Below, one piece after another: positions 11,682-25,360 of a stretch of DNA of 64,000 bases (positions are counted from its first letter, which is position 1; each line of letters begins with the position of its first letter). The DNA comes from Octopus sinensis. Its lineage: Eukaryota. The DNA lies in contig NC_042998.1 of assembly GCF_006345805.1 (NCBI RefSeq), positions 202,926,001-202,990,000 on the forward strand, given 5' to 3'. The notes below the pieces were generated by a model. That model was not told the DNA's origin. It ran no database searches and saw nothing but the letters and a program-made list of their open reading frames with translations. A program made the position numbers and the translations under genes.

Positions 11682-12699
11682 GAAGACTTACCACGCAACA
11701 TTTTAATGCCTTAAAAGTAAGGTTAAGTTAATAACTCTTAAGATGACACCAAGGCTACTGGGCTACTTTTCATTTCATTTAAGCATTATATGTCCTCCCT
11801 TAAACGTCAAATACATTTCCCTTCGTCACAACACACATCAACGTAACATCTTGCTTGTACTCTAGTAACTCGTATGTTGGCGGCTACTATTACTAAGTTC
11901 TTCAAGTTCCATCAATTATATCTAGCCACTGTCATCTTTTAATTCACCGAAAGAAACGTTCAATTGTCCTCTAACCCTTTACACTGACAAAACTATTGTT
12001 TGTTCACCAGGACTTTCAGTTCTTTTGCAACAAAGATTCTATCAAGATGGCGTTGACGACGTTTGAATTCAATGATAAAAATTCAATGATAAAAATCTGA
12101 AAGACACTGTTTAAGCATTCCACTTGGAATTCAACAAACATTGGCGACGGTTTCTGATATGTCTGTCAGAAATTTGAAAGAGACGATGCATTCTCCTGTA
12201 AAATGCTCCTATCAAAATTAGCTTCAACAAGATGAAAGCCACACTGCCTCATATTTTCTAGCTTTTCATTCTCTCAAATAAGTTTACCTTTCTCTTTGTG
12301 AGTTTATCTCCCTTTCTCTCTATAACTAAGTACATATATACATACATACACGGACGCGCACAATATCTGTATATCTAGTTATTTCTTTTTCTCGATCTAT
12401 CTGTCTATATATCTATCTAACTGTCTATCTATCTACCTATTCCATCTCTCTATTAATCTTTCCACCGAACTATCACTGAATATCCTTATCAATCACATTA
12501 TCTACATATCTGCATTCAACTTTCTATCGCCCTTATTATTTATCTCCTCCTTTCCCACCTCATTTTCTTTCTCGCTTTTCTCCTTACACCGCCTTCTTTT
12601 CTCATTCTCCTCCTTAATTCTTTCTTTCTTTTTCGTTTCCATTTCCTCACACCATGATTCTCTCTCTCTCTCTCTCTACTCCTCTGTTTCTTTCTCCCT

Positions 12700-13030
<331 letters not shown>

Positions 13031-14065
13031 TATCATATATCATTCGCTCTTTTCTAACAAATGTTTGATCCATCATCAAAGAACTTCCACAAAGATAAAC
13101 CCAAGGCGGCTATTTCTTTAGAAAACAGACGTTTCCTGGCCCTATTACGTTTTTGTGTGTTTGTGTAAATATCTGTCTAATATGTGTGTGTGTGTGTTGT
13201 ATATGTATATGTGTGTGTGTGTATGTGCGTGTGTACACACTTATGTATGGCTCCATATATTTGTATGTCATATATATATATATACATATATGTGTGTGTG
13301 ATGAGAGAAATATATATGTGTGTATGTGTATATAACGAGAGAAACATGTGTGTGTATGAGTGCGTGTGTGTGTGTGTATACAAGCGAGATAAATAGAACT
13401 CAATATGTATAAACCAGAGTATTTGTATTTCCTAAGTTAGCCGAAGAATTGTAGTAACCCAAAAGCCTAGAGTTTCCTGCCAATACATTTAACATATTTA
13501 ACATTGGCAGGAAACTCTTGCACCATGAACGCAATACATCCTCGCTTAATATGTGTGTTTGTGCGTGAAAGAGGAGAGAGAGAGAATGTGTCTTTGAGAG
13601 AGGGAGAGAAGGCAAGTTATCTGATGTAGAACTAGATTCATTATGATTCATACACACTGCAGCAAAGTGATGGTCGTAAAAAGGCTGAAAACGCCGCAAC
13701 AATTGATTCTCGTGAATATATCTATATGCTACTGTTAATTTGAGCATTTTTGCTTTGGCCTCGACAGTGAGATAACGGCATGTGATATTTCAGGACGTCT
13801 ATAATATGTTTTTTATTAAAACTATATCCTGGATTTTCAAATCTGATCCAATTTTCTTGATCCGATGTTTGAGCATAACCTCAAACACTACGTTAAGGCG
13901 TGTGTGTGTGTGTGTGTGTATGTGTGTGTATGTGTGTGTGTGTGTGTGTTGTGTGTGTATGCCTGTGATTGCCTATGTGTGTCTGTGAGTGAGCATGCAT
14001 ATGTGTACATATACGTATATAAACACATCTATATATACATATTGATAGAGAGAGAGAGAGGTAAT

Positions 14066-14122
<57 letters not shown>

Positions 14123-14223
14123 GGATGGATGGATGGATGGATGGATAGATAGATAGATAGATAGATAGATGGATGGATGGATGGATGGATGGATGGATGG
14201 ATGGATGGATGGATGGATGGATG

Positions 14224-14306
<83 letters not shown>

Positions 14307-14318
14307 GAATGGATGGAT
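14066..14318. repeat. (GATA)n/(GATG)n microsatellite
   Basis: Seen directly. Confidence 0.95.
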
Positions 14319-14767
14319 ACTCGCATATGTATATATGTATATCCATAAGCATGGTGTCTTTATGTAGATATATTATTGATGGACAGATACACAGATAGAC
14401 AGATAAAAAAAAACAGACAAATAGGCAGAGGGAGAGACTGAGGCAGAAAAAGAGAGAAATATTTACATATACTTGTTCTGTTTTATGTTGTATTGCCTTT
14501 CTCTGACATAATTTATCTGAATTATTTCCTGAGAATGCTGCATGCTGAATGAGTTAAAATGTAGAGCTGAAAATACAAAAACATGAGTGTTAAATTTTCC
14601 TGTAGCCGCAATTTAACAAACATAAAGACAGTACCTATGTTTACTGACGTCATCCAAATCTTTGAATCTTTCAATTGCAGCAACGCTAACCAAACCGCGC
14701 CCAACTCTTCGAAGTAGCTGTCTTTAGGTGTAGGCGCTTCCAGTTGGTTTTCTTTCTTTATATTTAA

Positions 14768-15166
14768 CTAGCAGTATCGCCCGGCGTTGCTCGGGTTTGT
14801 AAGGGAAATAACTATATAAGCATTTTTAGAGATGTAAAGTATAAAGTATAATAGCCATCTCAATATGGCTAACCACAAAGCGGGGGTGTTACTGTAGCTT
14901 TTCACGTTCTGAGATTTAATAATAAATTTTTAGAGAGTTACTTCCCTTATATATGCCAAAATGCATTAAAAATGGAAAAATTGATGGTAAATTTTTTTTA
15001 AATCGTAGACCTCATCGTAGACGCGCGCTAATACCCAGAAGGGCTCAATATGAATCACGACTATAAGATACCCGAATTTGGTTAAACTGCACCGCAATGT
15101 GGGAGTAGTTAGGAATCTGAATCATAGGAGACAGACAGCACACAACCTCTCTTTTATATATAAAGA
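14768..15166 (-). mobile_element. Non-autonomous Helitron
   Basis: Minus strand: A|TCTTTATATATAAAAG 5' end, subterminal hairpin CCCGAGCAACGCCGGG, CTAG|T 3' end (A^T target). Confidence 0.85.
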
Positions 15167-15298
15167 TAGTCAGATGAACGTTCTGCTACACTCCGTGCAC
15201 TGAGAATGTATTGTATTGTCACTGCTTATTAGTAACATCAAAGTATTTCTATATTATATATGTGCGAGTAGATATGTATTCATACATACGTACATGTC

Positions 15299-15333
<35 letters not shown>

Positions 15334-16270
15334 GTTGTGTGTGTTGTGTGTGTAAACCAGTGTCATACGGTGGTTACTGTTGCAGGAGAACCCCGTGACA
15401 AGTCTAAATAAAACCAGCGAAAGTGAAATCTTTTCCTGACGCATGAATAACCCACTACAAACTTATGAACACAATTTTCCACTGTTCAGATCACAGTAAT
15501 AAAAGATATGCGTTTTAAAAAAAAAATTCACATAACACTATAACAGTATAGTATTTATGATCAAAGTCAATAAATTCTGTCATATAAAAAATGCTAAAAA
15601 TCGATTATTGTAAACAACAGTTGGCTTTCTTACGTCATATGTCCCCCAGACTTCGACCTGGTTTAAACAATGTTTCTGTCTATGTGTTATTGCGTTTAAA
15701 AGAAACTTACAACCAGATAATGATATTGTAAGAACACATTATTGTAAAGAAATTCAGATTCAGTTAATGAATTTGCAATTAATTAATTTATAATTAAAAC
15801 ATCCTCCCCCCGGTGAAAAACGAACACGACATTTATGCTAGCAGGGTTGAAAGCCCTTTATTTTTATATCCCTCGTCCATTATCTCGTCCTTCTCCACGT
15901 TCCATATAATGAAACAGATATTCATTGGGTGCTACACTTGAACAACTGACACAAGGCTTCACAACAGGGGACAGAATATATATTAGCGTCCTGTTATAAA
16001 CCCATGATTACATTACTGTTAAACTTATGTTTATACTACATTCACTCTCTGGTGGATGTGTAGTGTTCTGAATATGTTATTCAGCGCTCTAAATACTTGG
16101 CTCTAATGTGTGTGTGAGAGAGAGAGAGACAAGAGGGACGAATGAAACATGCGTAAGATTGTGTAATTCAGAACGTTGTTATAAAAACATTTAAATCAAC
16201 TTTCTTGCTTTATTCTACTCTTCAATACATGTGACTGTGTGAATATATATATGTATATTTCAATTGCAAA

Positions 16271-16456
16271 CGCCATGATAGATCGTTAGCCACAATACCT
16301 TTTTTTCTCTCCTTGTTTCTCTCTTTGTGTCCCTTTCTGTAGAAGAGCGTAGGCTCGAAACGTAAAATACTTTTTCTATTCCTGAGCGTTATACTAATAC
16401 ATCTGTTTGTTTTGTACACCACCTGTCTTCGTCTTTTGTTTTTTTCGTAAACTCTC
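16271..16456 (+). mobile_element. HHR-bearing element family H1
   Basis: cgccatgatagatcgttagc...CTTT-CTGTAGA-A-GAGC-GTAG-GCTC-GAA-ACGT-A-AAA (16333-16367); runs into (CT)n(TA)n. Confidence 0.8.
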
Positions 16457-16458
16457 TG

Positions 16459-16515
<57 letters not shown>

Positions 16516-17877
16516 TCACACTCACGCGCACGCGCTAATGTCAAACAGTGAGAATGAGTACGCAATACCGCATGGCTGGATAAATATTCATTTTTGTGGG
16601 TCAACAAGGCATCCAATGGTTTTATGTGAAGATAGCATCACAGTTGTTCAAGCATATCGCATGGCTGTGTTGCTACTCGTCTCCATTCTGGAATGGAAAC
16701 GAGTACTAGCACTTCACTGTGATACACTCGAACAACTGTCATTTTCTCTTCACGTGAAACCCACTTAAGCTTGTACTATACTTTTCATTTTCTCTATGCA
16801 TAGTACAAACTTAAGTTAGTTTATTTGGTCCTTAAAGGACAGACACACTAGCTTTGATATGAAATGGGAAATTATAGGCAGGGTTAGAGCCTTACGTAAT
16901 TGGAAGCAAGAAATGCAATTTATGCTTCGAAGAAATATTCCATATTCTCACCTCTAAATACCAGTTATTGAATAGTAAACCGGAATTAGCGCTAAAACGT
17001 GCGCACCTTCACAGAAAAACAGTCAAATATTTCTCTAGCAAATATTTTTAACAAAATAAGTATTATGGAAATTGGAGGTACTAGAGTTTACATATAAATA
17101 TATTAGTGCCTATATTTGCCTATATCCTAGTAGCAATTCTTCATCAATTAATTAGTATTCTTCGTATGTATCACTTCACATACGGAATATTTTTATCATT
17201 TGCCTAGGAGGAAGTTATCTACATGAAAACTTAGGGTTGATTTGAATAGCTAAAAAATTGGATTTCACTTTAGGTGGAAGTATCCTAACATACTGCGTAC
17301 AATACCCTGACCATACATGCAAATTCTGTATATTTCGTATTTCTATAATTATATTTCACTTAGTGAACTTTAATTATATACATCTGTCACTGAAACTTAT
17401 TCCTTTTACTTCACTTAAGGCTAGAGAATAAAATATACTCTGACCTTGTTTAGGATCTGCCATTCATAATTGGAAATTCAAACCTTAGGGTCAATTTCAT
17501 AACCGATGTTATGGCCGTATCAGGTTTCTAAATAGTTTTCTCTCGTTTTTAATTATTTATTTATTTTTGCTCGAAAACTATTGTCCCCCACCAAATATAA
17601 TTTTATAATTTTATCTAAACCATAATACTTCATTTCTCTTCAAAGTATAATAGTGGCAACACTTTCAATAAAGCTGCGGGAAATTTTAACCAAATGTACA
17701 GGCTGAGTACAAATGTAAGCCAAATTGTGACATATCCATGCAACATAAACATATGTTGGATAGATTTATATTGAATAAGCTGTATAATTGACTGTAATAA
17801 TAGAAATTGTGTAGATGTATTATTCTCCTTAATTATTTGAATAGTCTTATACATACATACACACATACATACATGAG

Positions 17878-18157
17878 TCGCCATGATAGATCGTTAGCCA
17901 CTACACACATTTTTTTCTATCCTTGTTTCTCCCCTTTTTCTCTCCTTTTTTCTCTCCTGTTTTTCTCTCCTTGTTTCTCTCCTCTTTCCCTCCTTTTTTC
18001 TCTCGTTTCTCTCCTTGTTTTTTTCTGTGTCCCTTTCTGTAGAAGAGCGTTGGCTCGAAACGTAAAAGACTTTTCCTATTCATGAGCGTTATACAAATAC
18101 ATCTGTTTGTTTTGTACACCACCTGTCTTCGTCTTTTTTTTTTTCGTAAACTCTCCC
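17878..18157 (+). mobile_element. HHR-bearing element family H1 with expanded internal pyrimidine repeat
   Basis: HHR fold at 18033-18068 (stem I CTTT/AAAG); flanked by (TACA)n. Confidence 0.8.
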
Positions 18158-18928
18158 TACATACATACATACATACATACATACATACATACATACATAC
18201 ATACATACATACATGTTTATAAATAGGCACACACAAACCTCACAAAGTACATGTTAATTTTAACATTTTTCATTGAACGTAAAACGGATTTCTCTTTGCT
18301 GATCTTTACACGGTTCGTATATGTTCGCAAGTGTTTTTTTTTTTCATCGTTTCTCAACGATACTCTACCATACACATCCGCACGCTCAGATGCATAACAC
18401 TTGTTTCGATGTTCCATACGAGTCCGTGTCCTTCAAGATCAACCTGACAATACACCAATACTGAAGAGGAAATTAGACAGGTCATAGCCACGTAAAAATT
18501 AATAATCACTTTAAATACTTTCAAAGAGCCTCTGTGGATGTGTGTAGATTGTGTCTAACAAGTAAACTTCTGAAGATAAATTAATAGAGAAAAGTATCAG
18601 AATTTAAAAGATGATAGATATAGCGTCAAATGAACAAGGACAGTCTGTGATTATACACTTGACTGACCACCGACTGTCAATTATCGATCGAGCAGAACTG
18701 GTTAATTACATAATTACTATGTCTTCTCTTATGTCACCTTGTTTGGCTGCGATCGTCATTTATACAAAAGGTTATCGATCGACATCACTGTCACGGTCTT
18801 AAACGGTCATCATCATCATCTTCATCAACACTATCATCACTGTTGTATTTTACTTTTACTAGTCTGCACTTTTGAATCGGTGTAACAATAAATTTATAGG
18901 TATACATACACATACATATACACACACG

Positions 18929-19040
18929 TATATACATACATTTATGTATATGTGTGTGTATGTAAAAGACACGAGTGCATATATGTGGGAAAATATATAT
19001 GCTAGATAGGCAGACACACACACACACACATAAGTACGTT

Positions 19041-19111
<71 letters not shown>

Positions 19112-19220
19112 ATAAACGTACTTATGTGTGTGTGTCTGCCTATCTAGCATATATATTTTCCCACATATATGCACCCGTGTCTTTTACATACACACACATA
19201 TACATAAATGTATGTATATA
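18929..19220. repeat. Long inverted repeat (~110-bp arms) centred on (TA)n
   Basis: 18929-19045 is the reverse complement of ~19109-19220, differing by one substitution and (CA)n length. Confidence 0.9.
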
Positions 19221-19228
19221 TATATATA

Positions 19229-19781
19229 CTAGCAGTATAGCTCGGCGTTGCTCGGATTTGTTTTTTTAGTTGCGCTTAAAACAGAAGACTTTGATGTCGC
19301 GTTTACAAAGTTTTGACATAGTTTCAATCTATGAATAAAAGTAGGGTGTGGCGATGCTCGAGTTTGCTCTGAATGTGCATTGGATCAGCTGATCCGTCGT
19401 TCGCTCAAAACCAATGACATCACAAAAAATTCTTTTTGACCCTTTAGAATTGAAGTTTTTGAAAGGTAAAAATTTTGCATTATGTAGCTTGTTATTCTCT
19501 TTAAGTGAACGTTTCTCTGATTGAAATACACCGAAAATGGCGACACAGCAGTCAAACAATCGTAAAAAATAGGGATTTCCATAGAAAAAAAAGCACCTTT
19601 TTGATGTAAATAATTTTTGGTGTTAACATGGTCCGATTTTAGTTTTATCTTCTACAGAATGAAGAGCAAGCCTTCTTCTATCATACTCTCAATTTTGGTC
19701 AACTTGCACTGCAGGGTCTCGAAGGAGATAGTGTTAGTTGAAGGCTACCAAACCTGCCACACACACAGACAACTTCAGCTT

Positions 19782-19790
<9 letters not shown>
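19229..19790 (-). mobile_element. Non-autonomous Helitron (family of 58754-59145) with ~170 bp extra
   Basis: CTAG end at 19229-19232 with hairpin; body aligns to the 58754 copy. Confidence 0.8.
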
Positions 19791-19858
<68 letters not shown>

Positions 19859-19875
19859 CGCGCGTGTGTGTGTGT

Positions 19876-19913
<38 letters not shown>

Positions 19914-20340
19914 GTGTGCATGAGTGCACGGTGGCGTGTGTGTGTATTTTAGTGGATATGTGTGGGACACATTTAGATAAATAAGTGTCACAATAAGTTC
20001 CATGACAATTATTGGTTTATGCTTTGATATTGAACAATTCCAGCGCTGTTATACTCCACCCTTTTATTGCCTTGTATTTATTGTGGGCTTTCACTGCACA
20101 TCTGGATGCTCCTCTCTCTGTCGCAGTTGTGTGCGGGGCTTTGTTTCCATTTCGTGCAATATTTGGTAGTGCCACATTCTTCATGATATATAAGTGTATA
20201 ACTGCTGGGAGACCGAATCTGATATGTTTTAAGCATCCCAGTAGTTATAAACATACTGAGCGTTTTCTATATACTGTGTATATATGTATAAACGCTGAGG
20301 TAATCGAAGTAATGCATGTATGTGTTCTGTATTCTCTGTA

Positions 20341-22752
20341 CTGAAAAGTATGAAATGTTCGTGAGGAATTTTATTTCGCGAAATATGCGAGGCTGACATA
20401 TTCGCGAAAACAAATTCCGCGAAATTTAATTCCAAAAGGTAATAAGTTTCAGTCGTTTTCATAAAATTGTATCGAGAGAAACCTAAGGTAAGAAAATCAA
20501 TGGTTCTTTATATGTTTATTTCAAATGAAAAAATATACAAAAATGTACAATCAATCTGTTAGAATTGCGACATTCAATGAAATCATCTTCTTTATTTTGA
20601 ACAACATTGAGTATACGAGTGTCTTTCCAACCTTGCAGCAAATTGTTTTTATGTTTAGATGTACAATCAAATGAGGACAAATCCCATTTAGCATGCAATG
20701 GTTTTACAATCGGGAGTTTTAAATCATAACATTATCTACAGATTTAACGGAATTTGACTTCATCTGCATACCATAAAGTGAATTTTTGTTTTAATTGTTG
20801 TTTGGAAAAATCGATTACCACTAATAGTTCGTTTGTACATGAAACAGGAATGTGAAAAAAAAATTCAAGTCCTTGCGACTTGAGTTGCAGACTTGATGGT
20901 TTCTGTCTGGTGAACGTTGAAGACATCTAAAAGGACTAGACCTTTCTGTGCAAGTGGGTGGTTGATTTTTTGCCGTTGATCTTCGAAGTATGGACCAAGG
21001 ATGTTCTTAATGTAGATGGCCATGATGTTTACAGAAGTCCAGTGGCTTTTAGAATGAGTAATATTCCAATCTTTGAGGAATTTGAATAAAGGATAACATG
21101 AGCCTTTCTTGGTAAATGAGTTGCGGGAGTAAAAATATTCCAGTTGCTGATGTTCTTGTTGTTGTTGAGCAACAAGACGGGTAAGGGTGATTAGGTGATG
21201 GTCTAGGGCTTAGGGGCGGGAGACCCCAGACCTTGGAAAAAATAAAAAATAAACTTTGGTCGTCTTGTTGTAGTCGAAGGCTCTTCGTTGACGCCCGACA
21301 CCATTGGGAGGCGGCCCTCGAAGTCGCTGGAAATGGAGATCTCCAGGTCCAAATTCTTGGACGGCGTTGCTGATGTTCTGAGTACTGCAGTTATCTGGCG
21401 TTTGTTGTTGGCTCCGTATGTTGGTATTTGTTTGGCACCTTGCTGCTCTATAGTTCAATCTTTGACGGGGATGATAGAAAGAGCAGTCTGGTCAAAGTTG
21501 ACGATCATAGATGGGGGGGAGGATTTTATGTTTTTCAATGACAGTCTGTACTCGATCGAGGAAGTCATCTTTAATGTTTTCCAAGTTTGATGGTGGGGTT
21601 TTTGCTGCTTTTGGTCCCTTTGCGTTTGACGAAGCTCATGTTTTTCAGTATGAGTTGGAGATGTCGATGGGTTTTCCGTATTCTTCGAGTTGAGTACGGT
21701 CTTGATTTTTCACGATGCCGAGAGCTGAAGCCATCACAATAGGTTTAGAAACTATCGAACCACTTTAACGAAGACTCTTGATATGATGTATTACATGATT
21801 GTCTGACGCGTTTTGCTGATGGTAACTCACATACATCATCAATGTTTTTAGTAGACTTTAATTTATTTTTCAATTTCTTGACGTTACCATGAATAGTAGA
21901 TTCAGATACAGGACGACCGTATATTTTAGCAAAATGATGGGAAGCTGTCATATTGTTATGTTTTATTGCGCACCTAGCTACGTCTGCTTGTTCTGTTGTA
22001 GTGATTTTTGTGTCTTCACTTCGTTTGCGTTTCTGACCACGTAAAAATGTTGCAGTCTCTTTATCTAATGTCTTCTGAATTTCTTAGTTTGCTACTTCAC
22101 ATACTTGTGATTGTTCTTCTGTTAAATTTGCACGGTTAGGACTTGGTAACAAAAAAGCCTTGAGAGGGCTCACTACACATTGCAGTAGGGTTAACAGTTT
22201 TCAGCCAGCGATACATTGTTGAACAGTAGTCTTGTATAATGTCGCAGCGATATGACCGGTACAGAGTTAGAGCTAATTCTGATATTTCTTGAAATTTAAC
22301 TTATATTTATACTGAAATGTTTAATTATTAATCACACAAATTACGGATGTCAATTGACACACATGGTAAATGATGAAAGCTGTCAATTGATACACGTGGT
22401 AAACGCGGTCTTTGATGCATAGATTATAAAATTTAGAAATCTTTTATGAAAATTTAGTAAGTTTACATAACCTGGCACCATTATATCTGAAAGAAAACAT
22501 AGTAAGTGAGGCAGTCACTGAATTGTATCATAGTAATTCAACACGAACCGTGAATAAGTACTCATCACTGATCGTAACATTTACTATGTCAATATATAAT
22601 TCTACTTGAAAGATAACTGCTTAACAAGTGTTCAAAAACAAATATTTTTTTTACCTAGATTTAATAAAATAAACATTCCAAAGATGTTTCAAGCATGTGT
22701 ATTCGCGAATTTGTCTCTAGGTCCCAATTCGCGAAATCAAAGTACTTTAAAG
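20341..22752 (-). mobile_element. Degenerate pogo-like (DDE_1) Tc1/mariner-superfamily transposon
   Basis: Minus-strand fragments VSESTI, MSFVKRKGTK, IVNFDQT, KRQITAV, PQLIYQ, WNITHSKSHWTS, LVLLDVF, IPVSCTNEL. Imperfect TIRs with TTCGCGAA motifs; TA on both sides. Confidence 0.8.
21157..21365 (-). mobile_element. 5'-truncated non-LTR retroelement with (CAA)n tail inside the pogo transposase
   Basis: 14-bp TSD GTTGCTGATGTTCT at 21143-21156 and 21366-21379. Confidence 0.75.
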
Positions 22753-22787
22753 TATGTATTTATGTCTTGAGGTATTCTGTGTTGTAT

Positions 22788-23170
22788 GGAAGCACTCCGT
22801 CGGTAACGACGACGAGGGTTCCGGATGATCCGATCAACGGAACAGCCTGCTCGTGAAATTAACGTGTAAGTGGCTGAGCACTCCACAGACACGTGTACCT
22901 TTAACGCAGTTCTCGGGGATATTCAGCGTGACACAGAGAGTGACAAGGCCGGCCCTTTGAAATACAGGTACAACAGAAACAGGAAGTAAGAGTGAGAGAA
23001 AGTTGTGGTGAAAGAGTACAGCAGGGATCACCACCATCCCCTGCCGGAGCCTCGTGGAGCTTTTAGGTGTTTTCGCTCAATAAACACTCACAACGCCCGG
23101 TCTGGGAATCGAAATCGCGATCCTACGACCGCGAGTCCGCTGCCCTAACCACTGGGCCATTGCGCCTCCA
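22788..23170 (-). mobile_element. tRNA-derived SINE family C, tail type 1
   Basis: A box TGGCCCAGTGG, B-box-like TTCGATTCC; TSD CTGTGTTGTAT. Confidence 0.85.
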
Positions 23171-23262
23171 CTGTGTTGTATACACGACATAGTAATGCTA
23201 CTTTTGCATATTGTGTAAATATGTAAACCGTGTACTTCCTGGTAATATTACATCTAGTTGTA

Positions 23263-24030
23263 AGCGGCGATCTGGAAGAATCGTTAGCAGGCCGGACAAA
23301 ATGCTCGGTGGCATTTCGTCCGTTTTTATGGTCTGAATTCGAATTCCATCGAGGTCGACTTTTCCTTTCATCATTTCGAGATCTATAAAATAAGTACCAG
23401 TTGAGTCCTGGGATCGGTGTAATCGACTACTCCCTTCCCCAAAATTGCCGGCCTTGTGCCAAACTTTGAAATCAGTGCTACATCTAGTTACAAGTAACGA
23501 TCTGGCAGAATCGTTAGCACACCAGGAAATATTATGTTTGGCGGCGAGCTGGCAGAAACGTTAGCACGCCGGGCAAATGCGTTGCCGTATTTCGTCTGCC
23601 GTTACGTTCCGAGTTCAAATTCCGCCGAGGTCGACTTTGCCTTTCATCCTTCCGGGGTCGATAAATTAAGTACCAGTTACGCACTGGGGTCGATGTAATC
23701 GACTTAATCCGTTTGTCTGTCCTTGTTTGTCTCCTCTGTGTTTAGCCCCTTGTGGGTAGTAAAGAAATAGATATTATGTTTGGCGGCATTTCGTCTATCT
23801 TTAATGTTCTGAGTATAAATTCCATCGCAGTCGACTTTGCCTTTCTGTCTCTCGTTTCAAGTTCCCGTCCGTCAACTAAAGCCAGTTTATTATTACTGCT
23901 ACGCGACATTTCGTCCGTCTTTACGTTTTGAGTTCAAATTGCCTTTCATCATTTCTTGATCGATAAAATAAGTACCAGTAAAAACTGGGGTCGACTAGCC
24001 ACCTCCTCACAAAAAACTTTCAAGCTTTGT
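23263..24030 (+). mobile_element. SINE family A cluster; young copy 23540-23770 nested in an older copy
   Basis: Family core; TSD ATATTATGTTT around the young copy. Confidence 0.85.
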
Positions 24031-24304
24031 GTCTATAGTAGAAAGGAATATTACTGTTGTTTTTGTTGTAGCTTCTGCTCTTGTTGTTGTTGTTGTTGTT
24101 GTTGTTTTTCGCTCCTGACACGTTTAGAGCCACTGAAATTTTGTCCTGCAACTTCACTGTTTTTCAGGTGTAGCTAAATGAATGCACTTTTATTTTGTAC
24201 ATTATTTTAAACGAGGACTGCTATTTAACGTTTTGGAAAATATAGCTCGCACCAGAATTAGACAAGGTTGTTTTATATAAATACACACACACACACAGAG
24301 ATAG

Positions 24305-24305
24305 C

Positions 24306-24375
<70 letters not shown>

Positions 24376-24440
24376 GTAGGTAGGTAGGTAGGTAGGTAGG
24401 TAGGTAGGTAGACAGGTAGGTAGACAGGTAGGTAGGTAGG

Positions 24441-24483
<43 letters not shown>

Positions 24484-24500
24484 GTAGGTAGGTAGGTAGG

Positions 24501-24578
<78 letters not shown>
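24305..24578. repeat. (GATA)n/(GGTA)n microsatellite
   Basis: Seen directly. Confidence 0.95.
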
Positions 24579-25144
24579 TCCATTTTATTCTGTCAGGCAT
24601 AAGTTGCTTCTCATTTATAATATTGAACAAGGCTAAATAGATGCCAAAGGGAAAAGCTTCAAGTAACATTAAGATTTTTTTTTAAATAAATAAATTGACA
24701 CACAGAATAAATAACAAAATAACAAAATATATTTCTACACAAATTTTGTTGTTGTTGTCAAGAACATTTGATAACGACAACAATAACATGCATGTGTATA
24801 CTTCGTCAAACGAAAATGAGAGTGAATTATCTCAATCTTTCAAAGAGGCGCGAGAGAAGAGGAGAGTAAGTTCTCTGATTTTCCAAGGCGACAGAAGATT
24901 TTCTTGTTCCATGCAAGAGATGGAGATAGCCTTAGCAGATATTTTTAACAATGAAATCTTTATGAGAAGACGAAGGCCGTAAGGTACCGTATAGGACAAG
25001 GCTAATGGCAAATTACAAATTGAGTTAGATGCGTCTACTCATAAATTAGTCACACAATACTGGAGGATAAGAAACATGAGAGTCATCCCGAGGGACATCA
25101 GTAGTGAGGTCAGTCCCTGGCTCAAATCGATTTTGTGGTACAAT

Positions 25145-25360
25145 ATTGATTTCAATTTTAGTACAAGGCCACTAATTTCGGGGATGGGGTGTAAGTCGAT
25201 TACGTCGACCCCAATACTCAACTAGCAGTTATTTTATCGACCCCGAAAGGGTGAAAGGCAAAGTTGACCTCGGTGGAATTTGAACTCAGAACGTGAAGCC
25301 GGACGAAATGCTGCTAACCATTTCTCCCGGCATGCTAACGATTCTGCCAGCTCACCGCTT
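25145..25360 (-). mobile_element. SINE family A (older subfamily)
   Basis: Family core; flanking repeat TTTTGTGGTACAATATTG. Confidence 0.8.

Noticed and set aside
10690-12250. Possible very old PLE reverse transcriptase relic
   Set aside because: A few suggestive peptides only; too degenerate to call without an HMM search.
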